Positions 38,075-48,144 of a DNA stretch of 64,000 nucleotides are shown here, one piece after another. Origin of the DNA: Candidatus Doudnabacteria bacterium (GTDB lineage Bacteria; Patescibacteriota; Doudnabacteria; UBA920; O2-02-FULL-48-8); assembly GCA_019659055.1 (NCBI GenBank), contig JAIFWV010000001.1, forward strand, positions 6,123 through 70,122. Direction: 5' to 3'. Position numbers and translations under genes: made by a program. The notes under the pieces were generated by a model. It saw only the letters and a program-made list of their open reading frames with translations, was not told the DNA's origin and searched no databases. Numbering within the stretch: the stretch's first letter is position 1; each line of letters opens with the position of its first letter.

Positions 38075-38234
38075 TTGAGCAAGCTCAAAGTGCTAGGGTA
38101 AAAATTAGACGGCTTTGGCGTATGAGGACCAGATTTGTTTTGTGTGCGTAATCAGCATATGGTTATTATACCACAAACTTGAACACCTCATCTAATAGAT
38201 GAGGTGTTCGTTTCTGAATATAAGGCACAATTTG

Positions 38235-38909
38235 CTAGATTTTGACCCTGATCCCAGGGCCCATGGTAGAGTGGATGGTAACTGTGTTTATGAACTCCTT
38301 TTTGAGTCCAGCCGGTTTGGCGTGGTTTAGAGCTTCGATAAAAGTTTTGAAGTTATCGGTAAGAGCATTGGTCTCAAGGTTGCTCTTGCCCAAAGTCATG
38401 TGGACGTTTCCGGATTCATCATTTTTGAATTCGGCTTTGCCGGCGGCATACTCCCGAATAGCCTTGCCAATATCCGCGGTAACAGTGCCGGTCTTTGGGT
38501 TGGGCATGAGTCCACGGGGACCAAGTAGCTTGGCTATCTGCGCAAGCTTGGGCATCATGGCCGGTTCCGCTATGGACATATCGAAATTCAATTGTTCGGT
38601 TTCCTTGATCTTCTTGATGAGATCTTCGCCGCCTACAAGTACAGCACCAGCATCCTTGGCTTCTTTCTCCTTGCCTTCTGTAACAAATGCAACAATGCGC
38701 TTGACCTTACCGGTGGCATGCGGAAAGGTTACGGTTGAGCGCACAATTTGATCGCTTTTTTTGGCATCAATTCCGAGACGGACATGCGTCTCAATATTAC
38801 CGACAAACTTGGTGGTTGCGGTTTTCTTGGCCAATTCAATCGCCTCTTGTGGGCTGTATGACTTGGTTGAATCTATTTCTTTTTTGGCGTTGGTAATGCG
38901 TTTACCCAT
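38235..38909 (-). CDS. rplA: 50S ribosomal protein L1
   Basis: MGKRITNAKKEID... and the L1 fold motifs are present. The start is set at MGKR. Confidence 0.9.
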   Translation of the reverse strand: MGKRITNAKKEIDSTKSYSPQEAIELAKKTATTKFVGNIETHVRLGIDAKKSDQIVRSTVTFPHATGKVKRIVAFVTEGKEKEAKDAGAVLVGGEDLIKKIKETEQLNFDMSIAEPAMMPKLAQIAKLLGPRGLMPNPKTGTVTADIGKAIREYAAGKAEFKNDESGNVHMTLGKSNLETNALTDNFKTFIEALNHAKPAGLKKEFINTVTIHSTMGPGIRVKI

Positions 38910-38951
38910 ATCTACTCCTTTGTGGTTCAAACGGCTTTTGGCCTCCCACGG

Positions 38952-38982
38952 TTAGAAATTAGTTATTAGAAATTAGAAATTT
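38952..38982. repeat. TTAGAAA heptamer array (copy 3 of 3) in the rplK-rplA intergenic region
   Basis: ttagaaattagttattagaaattagaaattt abuts the rplK stop codon. Confidence 0.6.
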
Positions 38983-39400
38983 ATTTAATCTCTATCCCCA
39001 TAGATCTGGCTGTGCCGGCAACGGTTTTTTCTGCGGCTTCCACATCGGAGGCGTTGAGGTCTGGCATCTTCTGCTCGGCGATTGCGCGCAATTGAGCCTT
39101 GGTGATGGTCCCAACCTTGTTCTTGAGTGGATTGGCTGAGCCCTTCTCGAGTCCGGCGGCTTTGCGGATGAGCACGGAAGCCGGAGGGGTTTTGAGGACA
39201 AAACTGTAGGTCCGGTCTTCGTAGATCGTGATCTCAGCCGGGATGATGGTATCTCCCATGGGAGCGGTGCGGTCGTTGAACTCTTTGACCAGCTGGGCCA
39301 AATTCAATCCATGGGGACCAAGAACTGTTCCCACTGGCGGAGCCGGTGTGGCTTTTCCAGCCGGAAGCTGGATTTTTACAATTGTCTTTATCTTCTTTGC
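38981..39400 (-). CDS. rplK: 50S ribosomal protein L11
   Basis: [34 protein letters not shown] is present. The start is set at MAKK; the upstream extension in the track is translated leader-repeat sequence. Confidence 0.9.
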   Translation of the reverse strand, partial: AKKIKTIVKIQLPAGKATPAPPVGTVLGPHGLNLAQLVKEFNDRTAPMGDTIIPAEITIYEDRTYSFVLKTPPASVLIRKAAGLEKGSANPLKNKVGTITKAQLRAIAEQKMPDLNASDVEAAEKTVAGTARSMGIEIK

Positions 39401-39482
39401 CATAAATTTGTCGTAAATCTTGAATCGTGGATCGTGGATCGCGAAACGTTTCAAGGTTCACGCTTCACGCTACACGTCTTAA
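39401..39482 (-). promoter_or_regulatory. conserved leader element copy A (upstream of rplK)
   Basis: In gene sense it reads gacGTGTAGCGTGAAGCGTGAaccttGAAACGTTTCgcgatccacgatccacgattcaagatttacgacaaatttATG. GAAACGTTTC is a perfect 10-bp palindrome. Confidence 0.6.
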
Positions 39483-40235
39483 TTATTTATGTTCACTTTC
39501 CATAAATTTCTGGATATCGTTGATCGTGCTCATGAATTGAGCCGGGAAAATGATTGTGGAATTTTTCTCAACGGAAATTTCAGCCATAGTCTGCAAATTA
39601 CGCAACTGCAAGGCAATCGGGTGAGCCGCCATGATGTCCGCGGTCTGAGCCAGTTTTTCGCTAGCCAGAAGTTCGCCTTCGGCGGCGATGACCTTGGCTC
39701 GCTTCTCGCGCTCGGCTTCGGCCTGTTTGGCCATGGCTCTCTGCATATTCTCAGGTAACTCAATATCTTTGATCTCCACCACGGAAACGACAACTCCCCA
39801 AGGCTCTGTGTGAGAATCGAGGACGGTGCGGATTTCATTGTTGATAGAATCGCGTTCAGACAAAATTTCATCGAGCTGAAACCTGCCGACTATGTTGCGC
39901 ACGGTCGTTTGGGCGATCTGGTTGATGGCCGACATGACGTTTTCGATAGCGATTATGGATTTGATTGGATCAACAATTTTGTAATAAGCGACAACAGAGA
40001 CATCCACGGAAACGTTGTCCTTGGTGATAATCTTCTGCGGCTGTACTGGCATGGTAATTGTCCGCAAATCGACTTTCTTGAGTGTGTCGATAAACGGTAC
40101 GATGAGGTTTAACCCCGGGGTCCTGGTCCCCACGATTTTACCTAACCGAAAGACGACGCCCGTTTGGTACTGCTGTACCGTTCGAAGTCCCATCAAGACG
40201 AGGACCAAAAGGATAAAAATTATAGTAATAACCAT
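39483..40235 (-). CDS. SPFH / band-7 (stomatin-like) family protein
   Basis: An N-terminal TM is followed by the SPFH core and a coiled-coil Ala/Glu-rich C-terminus. Confidence 0.85.
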   Translation of the reverse strand: MVITIIFILLVLVLMGLRTVQQYQTGVVFRLGKIVGTRTPGLNLIVPFIDTLKKVDLRTITMPVQPQKIITKDNVSVDVSVVAYYKIVDPIKSIIAIENVMSAINQIAQTTVRNIVGRFQLDEILSERDSINNEIRTVLDSHTEPWGVVVSVVEIKDIELPENMQRAMAKQAEAEREKRAKVIAAEGELLASEKLAQTADIMAAHPIALQLRNLQTMAEISVEKNSTIIFPAQFMSTINDIQKFMESEHK

Positions 40236-40239
40236 AAAA

Positions 40240-40785
40240 TTATATTTTCTTTATTTGTAAAAAGTCGAGCTCAAGCGGAGTCTCGCGGCCGAAGATAGAA
40301 ACCAGGACTTTGACTTTGCCCTTCTCGTCATCGGTCTCGGAGACCTTGCCTTCATAATCTTTGAATGGACCGTCCATGATGCGCACCAAGTCGCCAGCGC
40401 GGACATCGATTTTATACTTGGGTTCCTCTACGCCCATGCGCTTCTGCAAAAACTGGATTTCGGCATCGGAGATAGGAGTCGGGATAGTCCCGGAACCCAC
40501 AAACCCGGTGACGTTAGGCGTATTGCGCACGACATACCATGAATCGTCTGTAACGATCATTTCCACAAGGACGTAGCCTGGAAAAATCTTTTCTTCTACA
40601 GTGACGCGCTTGCTATCTTTAATCTTGATCTTCTTCTCTTTGGGCACTAGGACATTGAAGATCTTGTCTTCCATACCCATAGATTCTATGCGCTGTTTCA
40701 AATTAAAAGCAACGCTATCTTCGTAGCCAGAATATGTATGCAGGACGTACCAATGTTTCTCTCCGGTAACTTGCTGACGGGCCAT
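40240..40785 (-). CDS. nusG: transcription termination/antitermination protein NusG
   Basis: The NGN domain shows WYVLHTYSGYE. The KOW motif is GDLVRIMDGPFKDYEGKV. Confidence 0.9.
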   Translation of the reverse strand: MARQQVTGEKHWYVLHTYSGYEDSVAFNLKQRIESMGMEDKIFNVLVPKEKKIKIKDSKRVTVEEKIFPGYVLVEMIVTDDSWYVVRNTPNVTGFVGSGTIPTPISDAEIQFLQKRMGVEEPKYKIDVRAGDLVRIMDGPFKDYEGKVSETDDEKGKVKVLVSIFGRETPLELDFLQIKKI

Positions 40786-40828
40786 AAAATTAGATTAAAG
40801 TTTATAGTTAAAAGTTGATAAGATCCTA

Positions 40829-41017
40829 TTATTGCTTCGTTATAGCGTACTCTATGAGCTTGGTAAGCCCGAAGTCGGCCGCACCCAAAATTGCCGCGAC
40901 AAAAAGTGAGATACCTATTACTCCGAGAGTAATGTTTATGGTTTCTCTTCGAGTCGGCCAAATAACTTTTTGGAGTTCATTCTTGGCCTCTTTTATAAAC
41001 TGAATTGGATTTGCCAT
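40829..41017 (-). CDS. secE: preprotein translocase subunit SecE
   Basis: MANPIQFIKEAKNELQKVIWPTRRET is followed by a single TM. The start is set at MANP. Confidence 0.8.
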   Translation of the reverse strand: MANPIQFIKEAKNELQKVIWPTRRETINITLGVIGISLFVAAILGAADFGLTKLIEYAITKQ

Positions 41018-41095
41018 AGGATGTCGTGGATCGTGATGCGTGATACGTGGATCGCGAAACGTTTCAAGGTTCACGCTTCATGTTACACGCTTTTA
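41018..41095 (-). promoter_or_regulatory. conserved leader element copy B (upstream of secE)
   Basis: In gene sense it reads gcGTGTAACATGAAGCGTGAaccttGAAACGTTTCgcgatccacgtatcacgcatcacgatccacgacatcctATG. Confidence 0.6.
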
Positions 41096-41107
41096 AGTCT
41101 TTATAAA

Positions 41108-41167
41108 AACCCCTTTCGGGGCTTTTAATCTTGGACTTATTATAGACCTTTTTTGATATATCGTCAA
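41108..41167 (-). promoter_or_regulatory. perfect-consensus sigma70 promoter (TTGACG, 17 nt spacer, TATAAT) followed directly by a hairpin with a U-run
   Basis: The -35 is at 41167-41162 and the -10 at 41144-41139. The hairpin aaaagccccgaaaggggttttt lies at 41126-41105. It is sited between the stop of 41177..43666 and the secE leader. Confidence 0.5.
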
Positions 41168-41176
41168 GTATAGGTT

Positions 41177-43666
41177 CTAAGGGGAAATTTCCTTAAATAC
41201 AGGTGGTTTGGCTGAGCTGTTGGCATTGAGGAAGGATGTCCTCTTGGTTACAGAACAGTTAGCACCGTAGCTTTGGCCAGTGCAGTTGATAGTACCAGTG
41301 TTCGTAAAGAGGTTGCTGGTAACCGGTGAGACGACAGCTTGGGCATCAAACAATATGACCCAATTGGAACCGATCGGAATATTGCCCGAAAGGTTAATGG
41401 CAATACTCGGTTCCGAGCCTCCGATCGAACCAGTCTCGCCTGCTTCACCGTATATACCGTTGCCGTTTTTATCCACTCGCAAGCACCAAGACCCGGTTCC
41501 GCCGGCGGGGCAGGTCGCCGGGTGTGTAAGGTTGTCAGAAAGTACGTCCGGTGAAATACCAGTAATCGATGCGGCGTCAGTGGCCGTATTGCTATTGATT
41601 ATAGTGTATCGGAAAGTTACGATGTCGCCGTTATGTATGATCGTGCTTGGGGTATATGCAATTCTATTGACTTGGTAAATTACCTTGGTCGAGTTATTGA
41701 TGTTTGGTGCGCATTGGATTATAAAGACATTCACGTCACTGCTTGAGGCTGTAAGTGCCGAACTGATTGCGCGCACATTGTAATAATAAGTCCCGCCTCC
41801 AAGCACGGTATTGTCATTATAAGTTTGCGTGTTTTGAGGAAGATCAGCAATTTTGGCAAACGGACCCGAAGCCGAACTTGAGCGCCAGACCTGGTAACCG
41901 CCTACTGCATTTTCGTTGTTGGCGTTGTCTGTCCAATTCAGGATGGCACGGTTACAACTTGAGGTTGCGGTAAGGTTGGTGGGAGTCGCTAGATAGGTTA
42001 ATGTAAAAGTAATTGATCCCCCGCTATTTAGGGTTTGAGTGGAATTGCTGACATAAGACGGCCCGACGTAGCCACCTCTTGTGTTGGCCGAGATTGCGTA
42101 GACGCTTGGGTTGGCCGGGGCATTGGCATAAGTTGCAGTGGTGCTCGGGAAACTGCCTACATATGTGCTTGGTCCGGTGACGGTCCACGAAGTTGCTGTA
42201 TCCGAATTCACGAAAATCGTACCAGATCCCGTTACGCTAAAACTTTGGATGAATTGCTGTCCGTAAAAATAATTACTGCCAGGTCCCGGGCATGTCGTAC
42301 CATCCGGCATGAGGAAGTCTCTCCCAGGTTTATGGACTGCTTGCATTACCAGAGTGTAGTTGCCTGGTGTCGAAGGCGCGGTAAGGTTGAAGGTCCAATT
42401 ATGCGTATCACCCGGATACATACCGTAGCTATAGTGACCATAGTTCAAACCATCCACGCCCGGTGGACCCGTACTTATAATAGATAGTGCTGTGGATGAT
42501 GTCTGCCAGACTTGCCACCAACCGCCGTCCGGCCACCTGGTGTTACCCGTATCGGTGATTGTGAAAGAAAATGGAACGACCTGACCGGCTGATATAGAAG
42601 CTGGAATTGCAGTAACCGTAGTCATGGATGCGTCCTCTATACATCCGCCGGTTGGCGGAGGCGGCGGAGGCGGCGGAGCGCCGGCACCGCAAGTCCCGGA
42701 ACCGACTGTAATCGGAGCTGTGGTACTTGAAAATGTCGAGCCAACACCGTTAATGGCGCGGACACGATAAGTATATGTGTTCCCTGCTGAAACAGCCGAA
42801 TCCGAGTAGGCGTCCATTTGAGCATAATTGCCTGAGAAGATGACTCTGAATCCACCACCGTTTACCGAACGTTCCAAATCGTAACTGGTCGCGCCAGATG
42901 AACTATTAAAGTTGACTTCTATTTGCGGGCTGGGCCAACCGAAACAGGATGAACCAGTGATACTAAACGCCCCAGGCGCACTAGTGCTGTCAGCATAAGC
43001 TAAAGTAAATGTGATCGAAGAGCCTGATAAGGTTTGTGTGGATGAAGGTGTGATAGTTAAAGTCTTACCCGCAATCGCATCAGCGGAGATACTATAAGTA
43101 CCCGCGGCAGCTGAATAGGAATTACCTGACCCGCACTCCGGAGGGATAGTTGTAGGTCCACCGCTTATGGTCCAGCATGTCGAAGGTACTCCGCTAACGA
43201 CAACATTAATGATTGATGGAGCTAAACCGATATTTAAAGTATAGTCCACACCTACCCCTGTTTCCGGGTCTGGGAGACAATTCTGCTGAATGGTTACATG
43301 GATTCCAGTACTCCCCGTTACAGGGTCCATATCCCCATAAAATCTGCCTGCGCCACTAGGACCGGCCGGATAAGTCTGGCTTTTTCCGTTCGGATAGGAG
43401 ATATCATTATATGAGCCAGGCTCAGCGTAAGTATGGACCACGAAATTAAACCGAGTCCCGCTTGGTACACTTATAGCGTCAAACGAGCTAGCGCCTGTCG
43501 AAGTGAATGTCCCGTACCCTTCTGTCTCGATTACAACTCTGGGGGTACCAGCCAAACTACAAACCTGTATTGCTGAAGCCTTCTGTACGCCCGCAAAAAA
43601 ACCACCGGCAAATATTGCCAGGAGTACCATGATAATCCGTGTGGATAAACCGAGTTTAAATTTCAT
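41177..43666 (-). CDS. large secreted cell-surface protein with fibronectin type III-like and Ig-like repeats
   Basis: It has a signal peptide. ..YTYRVRAINGVG.. and ..YYYNVRAIS.. are FN3-like. It is Ser/Thr/Gly-rich with a poly-Pro linker PPPPPPPPP. Confidence 0.6.
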   Translation of the reverse strand: MKFKLGLSTRIIMVLLAIFAGGFFAGVQKASAIQVCSLAGTPRVVIETEGYGTFTSTGASSFDAISVPSGTRFNFVVHTYAEPGSYNDISYPNGKSQTYPAGPSGAGRFYGDMDPVTGSTGIHVTIQQNCLPDPETGVGVDYTLNIGLAPSIINVVVSGVPSTCWTISGGPTTIPPECGSGNSYSAAAGTYSISADAIAGKTLTITPSSTQTLSGSSITFTLAYADSTSAPGAFSITGSSCFGWPSPQIEVNFNSSSGATSYDLERSVNGGGFRVIFSGNYAQMDAYSDSAVSAGNTYTYRVRAINGVGSTFSSTTAPITVGSGTCGAGAPPPPPPPPTGGCIEDASMTTVTAIPASISAGQVVPFSFTITDTGNTRWPDGGWWQVWQTSSTALSIISTGPPGVDGLNYGHYSYGMYPGDTHNWTFNLTAPSTPGNYTLVMQAVHKPGRDFLMPDGTTCPGPGSNYFYGQQFIQSFSVTGSGTIFVNSDTATSWTVTGPSTYVGSFPSTTATYANAPANPSVYAISANTRGGYVGPSYVSNSTQTLNSGGSITFTLTYLATPTNLTATSSCNRAILNWTDNANNENAVGGYQVWRSSSASGPFAKIADLPQNTQTYNDNTVLGGGTYYYNVRAISSALTASSSDVNVFIIQCAPNINNSTKVIYQVNRIAYTPSTIIHNGDIVTFRYTIINSNTATDAASITGISPDVLSDNLTHPATCPAGGTGSWCLRVDKNGNGIYGEAGETGSIGGSEPSIAINLSGNIPIGSNWVILFDAQAVVSPVTSNLFTNTGTINCTGQSYGANCSVTKRTSFLNANSSAKPPVFKEISP

Positions 43667-43771
43667 TTGTTTCTAAGTGTGTCCAGTGTGAAGGAATTAT
43701 AACCTAATTTTGATTGATTGTAAAGAAAAATGCCAAGCAAGACTGCTGTCCTGCTTGGCATCGTGTACTGG

Positions 43772-44653
43772 CTACTTGGTACCGAATTTTGGGTCGGTGT
43801 CTTTCCAGTAAGCCATTGGTTTCCTCATGACGATCATGCGCATGGCCCACAGGTCTTCCTGAGTGGGACTCAGAGTGGTCGTATACTGGCTGAAGATTGA
43901 CTTCGAGGAAGATGTGACATTCAACCCCAGCAAGATTCCGAACTCACGCAAGGCATAGGATCGGGCCGAGTTGGTGTTCAGAAAGTAAATCTTGTCGCCT
44001 GTAATAAGACCGTCACTTCCAGACGGTTCCGAATACGAAACTCCGAGATTCCCTTGATTCACAGTAACAGCCAGCGTTCCGGGAAGAGCAACGCCATCTG
44101 CTACTACTCGAAAGGCGTATTCACGATTCAACTGGGTGATGGTCTCGGCGTCTCGCTCGAGCGAAGACATTACGTTACGATCAGACCGGAACGGCTCAGA
44201 CACAATCAACGAAACATCTTGATTGAGCCTAAAAATCTTGCCTTTCCGACCACCAAGCGCTTCTCCAGAAAATGCCACGCTCGAAACGTAGCCTTCCCCG
44301 TTTTCACCAAGTGGCCAGAGGTAGTAATTCTTCCGGTCGTAGACGAGACTGGCATCCAGAAACCCTGAAGCGGTAATCTTGAGCGACGTTCCGGCTTCGG
44401 GTTCGGGCAGAGAAACCTCTCCGTTGGCGCTGGTCGTCAGTGACTTCCCGAGCGTAAGAAAATTGACCTGAGCTCCGACCACGGGGGTGTCGTTTGCTCC
44501 GGAGTAGAAAGCCAGGGTCACCTCAGGCTTCACCGGAGGCGGGAGCGGAGTTGGAGTTGGGGTTGGAGTGTTCGGCGAGCCGCCGCACGAAAGAGTAGTC
44601 AGGCCGAAAAACAGGGCCAAAACAGTGCCCAGCCGAAAAAACGGCTTGTGCAT
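43772..44653 (-). CDS. putative lipoprotein (293 aa)
   Basis: The signal peptide contains the lipobox-like LTTLSC, followed by a PT-rich linker. Confidence 0.55.
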   Translation of the reverse strand: MHKPFFRLGTVLALFFGLTTLSCGGSPNTPTPTPTPLPPPVKPEVTLAFYSGANDTPVVGAQVNFLTLGKSLTTSANGEVSLPEPEAGTSLKITASGFLDASLVYDRKNYYLWPLGENGEGYVSSVAFSGEALGGRKGKIFRLNQDVSLIVSEPFRSDRNVMSSLERDAETITQLNREYAFRVVADGVALPGTLAVTVNQGNLGVSYSEPSGSDGLITGDKIYFLNTNSARSYALREFGILLGLNVTSSSKSIFSQYTTTLSPTQEDLWAMRMIVMRKPMAYWKDTDPKFGTK

Positions 44654-44762
44654 GATCTATCCTCCTCTAAAGTGGAAAAGCCTGTATAAGTGCTTATGAC
44701 GGGAAACTAACACGCCGGAAGCTTTCTGTCAATTGCACAAAAAAACCGAGCCTCAAGCCCGG

Positions 44763-45206
44763 TTATTTGTATGTTTCGATTCGATATGGGTTTATGTCAC
44801 CCTCATCAAATGGATAAGTTTGGGTATAAAAGGTCAAAGTCTCCCCAACTTTGATATCTTTTATTGTAATTTTGGTTTCCTCGAAACTACCATCTGCTTT
44901 TTTTGTTTTCAATATAATGGCGGTAAATTCTGTAAGATCGGCGGTTTTCAAAAGTGTTACCGAGGCGCCATTTTGGATAACATGGGTCTTAAACTGAATC
45001 GATTTTGCACCGACTGCAGTCACCTCGCCTTGGAGAGCAAAGTTGTCATACTTAGGATCTCGCGCTTGCTCCAAAACGCTCTTTTGATTTTGAGTGGATG
45101 TTTGATTATGGGTTTGGGTTTTGGAATTTGGGTGCAAGAAGAAATACGCGACTCCCGCGCAGAGGATCAAAACAAGAATTAAAATTAAAATCCGGGCTTT
45201 GGCCAT
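44763..45206 (-). CDS. membrane-anchored hypothetical protein (paralogue pair A)
   Basis: An N-terminal TM is followed by a beta-rich domain. It is in tandem with 45207..45602. Confidence 0.5.
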   Translation of the reverse strand: MAKARILILILVLILCAGVAYFFLHPNSKTQTHNQTSTQNQKSVLEQARDPKYDNFALQGEVTAVGAKSIQFKTHVIQNGASVTLLKTADLTEFTAIILKTKKADGSFEETKITIKDIKVGETLTFYTQTYPFDEGDINPYRIETYK

Positions 45207-45602
45207 TTATTTTATAATTTCCACTTTACTTACAACTGCAGTGGAAGATGCAAGGTCGTTAGAGCTATATATGACGATCTGCGAACCAACTGCCACATCC
45301 GAAAGCTTGGCGCTCTGGAGAGCGGTCCCAGTTTTCGCGGTAACGCGCCTAACCACCTCGAGAGTCGATCCAAAAGTAAAATCTTTTACAGTCGAACCGT
45401 CTGCCAGAGTTATGGAATAGGTTTTACCGTTAATTTGTTTGACCGTGCCGTTGGCGGAAAAAAGCGACACTTTCGGAACTACTTTGGTATCCCCGCCCGG
45501 ATTCTCTTCGTTTATGGTCAATGTTTGGTTTGATTTAACGTAAAAATAAGCGCCAACGAGCAGAACCACCAATATCGCCAGGGCTAACAACCATTTTTTC
45601 AT
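45207..45602 (-). CDS. membrane-anchored hypothetical protein (paralogue pair B)
   Basis: Its architecture matches the neighbour, with motifs such as ...GKTYSITLADGSTV.... Confidence 0.5.
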   Translation of the reverse strand: MKKWLLALAILVVLLVGAYFYVKSNQTLTINEENPGGDTKVVPKVSLFSANGTVKQINGKTYSITLADGSTVKDFTFGSTLEVVRRVTAKTGTALQSAKLSDVAVGSQIVIYSSNDLASSTAVVSKVEIIK

Positions 45603-45652
45603 ATTTGTTTCGGAATTTTAGCTTTGATAACCAAAGTATAACTTGCGGCAAA

Positions 45653-47728
<2,076 letters not shown>

Positions 47729-47811
47729 TTAAAATCGGGCCGATTTGGCCCTTGTTTCTACATAGGTATTATAGCAGATTTTGCGGGCTTTTTCCACCCC
47801 ATTTTGGGGAT

Positions 47812-48060
47812 AAAAAAAGCCCTGTTTTAGGGCATCTGAACACCCGACACCCCGTCCCGGGTGTTGCCGAGGCCTCTAGCCCCGACCATCCTGAATATCT
47901 ATCCATCGCGAGCGGCCGTTTGCTTAAGCTTAAATCTAATAGGCCGCGTGGCGATCTCTTAAAAGATTGCCGCGTCGCCGCGGAGCTAATGCTTAAGAGT
48001 TGCGGCTCCTCGCAATGGGATATATGCTCGCTTGGTATTCCGACAAAATGTTTTTCAACG
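47812..48060 (-). ncRNA. candidate structured ncRNA (about 250 nt, GC-rich) between the pheS terminator and a second minus-strand terminator
   Basis: It is ORF-free and about 58% GC. The 3' terminator is gccctaaaacagggc followed by ttttttta, at 47835-47812 on the minus strand. There is internal long-range complementarity around the palindromic cttaag. The class is unknown. Confidence 0.2.
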
Positions 48061-48074
48061 TCGCATTAAACCAA

Positions 48075-48144
48075 AACCAGGTTGCAGCCTGGTTTATTCC
48101 TAGCTTCCCAGCTTCTTAGCTTCTAGATTCCAGCTTCCAGATTC
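48075..48144. repeat. 3' UTR repeat element copy B: hairpin aaccaggttgcagcctggtt plus a GAAGCTG-type octamer array, immediately 3' of the pheS stop
   Basis: It aligns with 13683-13753. In gene sense the stop is followed by ggaatctGGAAGCTGGAATCTAGAAGCTAAGAAGCTGGGAAGCTAGG, then the hairpin, then ttttggttt. Confidence 0.7.

Noticed and set aside
39234-39461. The track ORF beginning [10 protein letters not shown]... and the same N-terminal extension on the secE ORF.
   Set aside because: The shared [10 protein letters not shown] translation is the conserved leader repeat read in frame. The true starts are MAKK (rplK) and MANP (secE).
47752-48069. A 105-aa plus-strand ORF between gyrB and pheS.
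   Set aside because: It starts inside the gyrB promoter region and spans two terminator hairpins. The translation is junk-like (MFLHRYYSRFCGLFPPHFGDKKSPVLGHLNTRHPV...).
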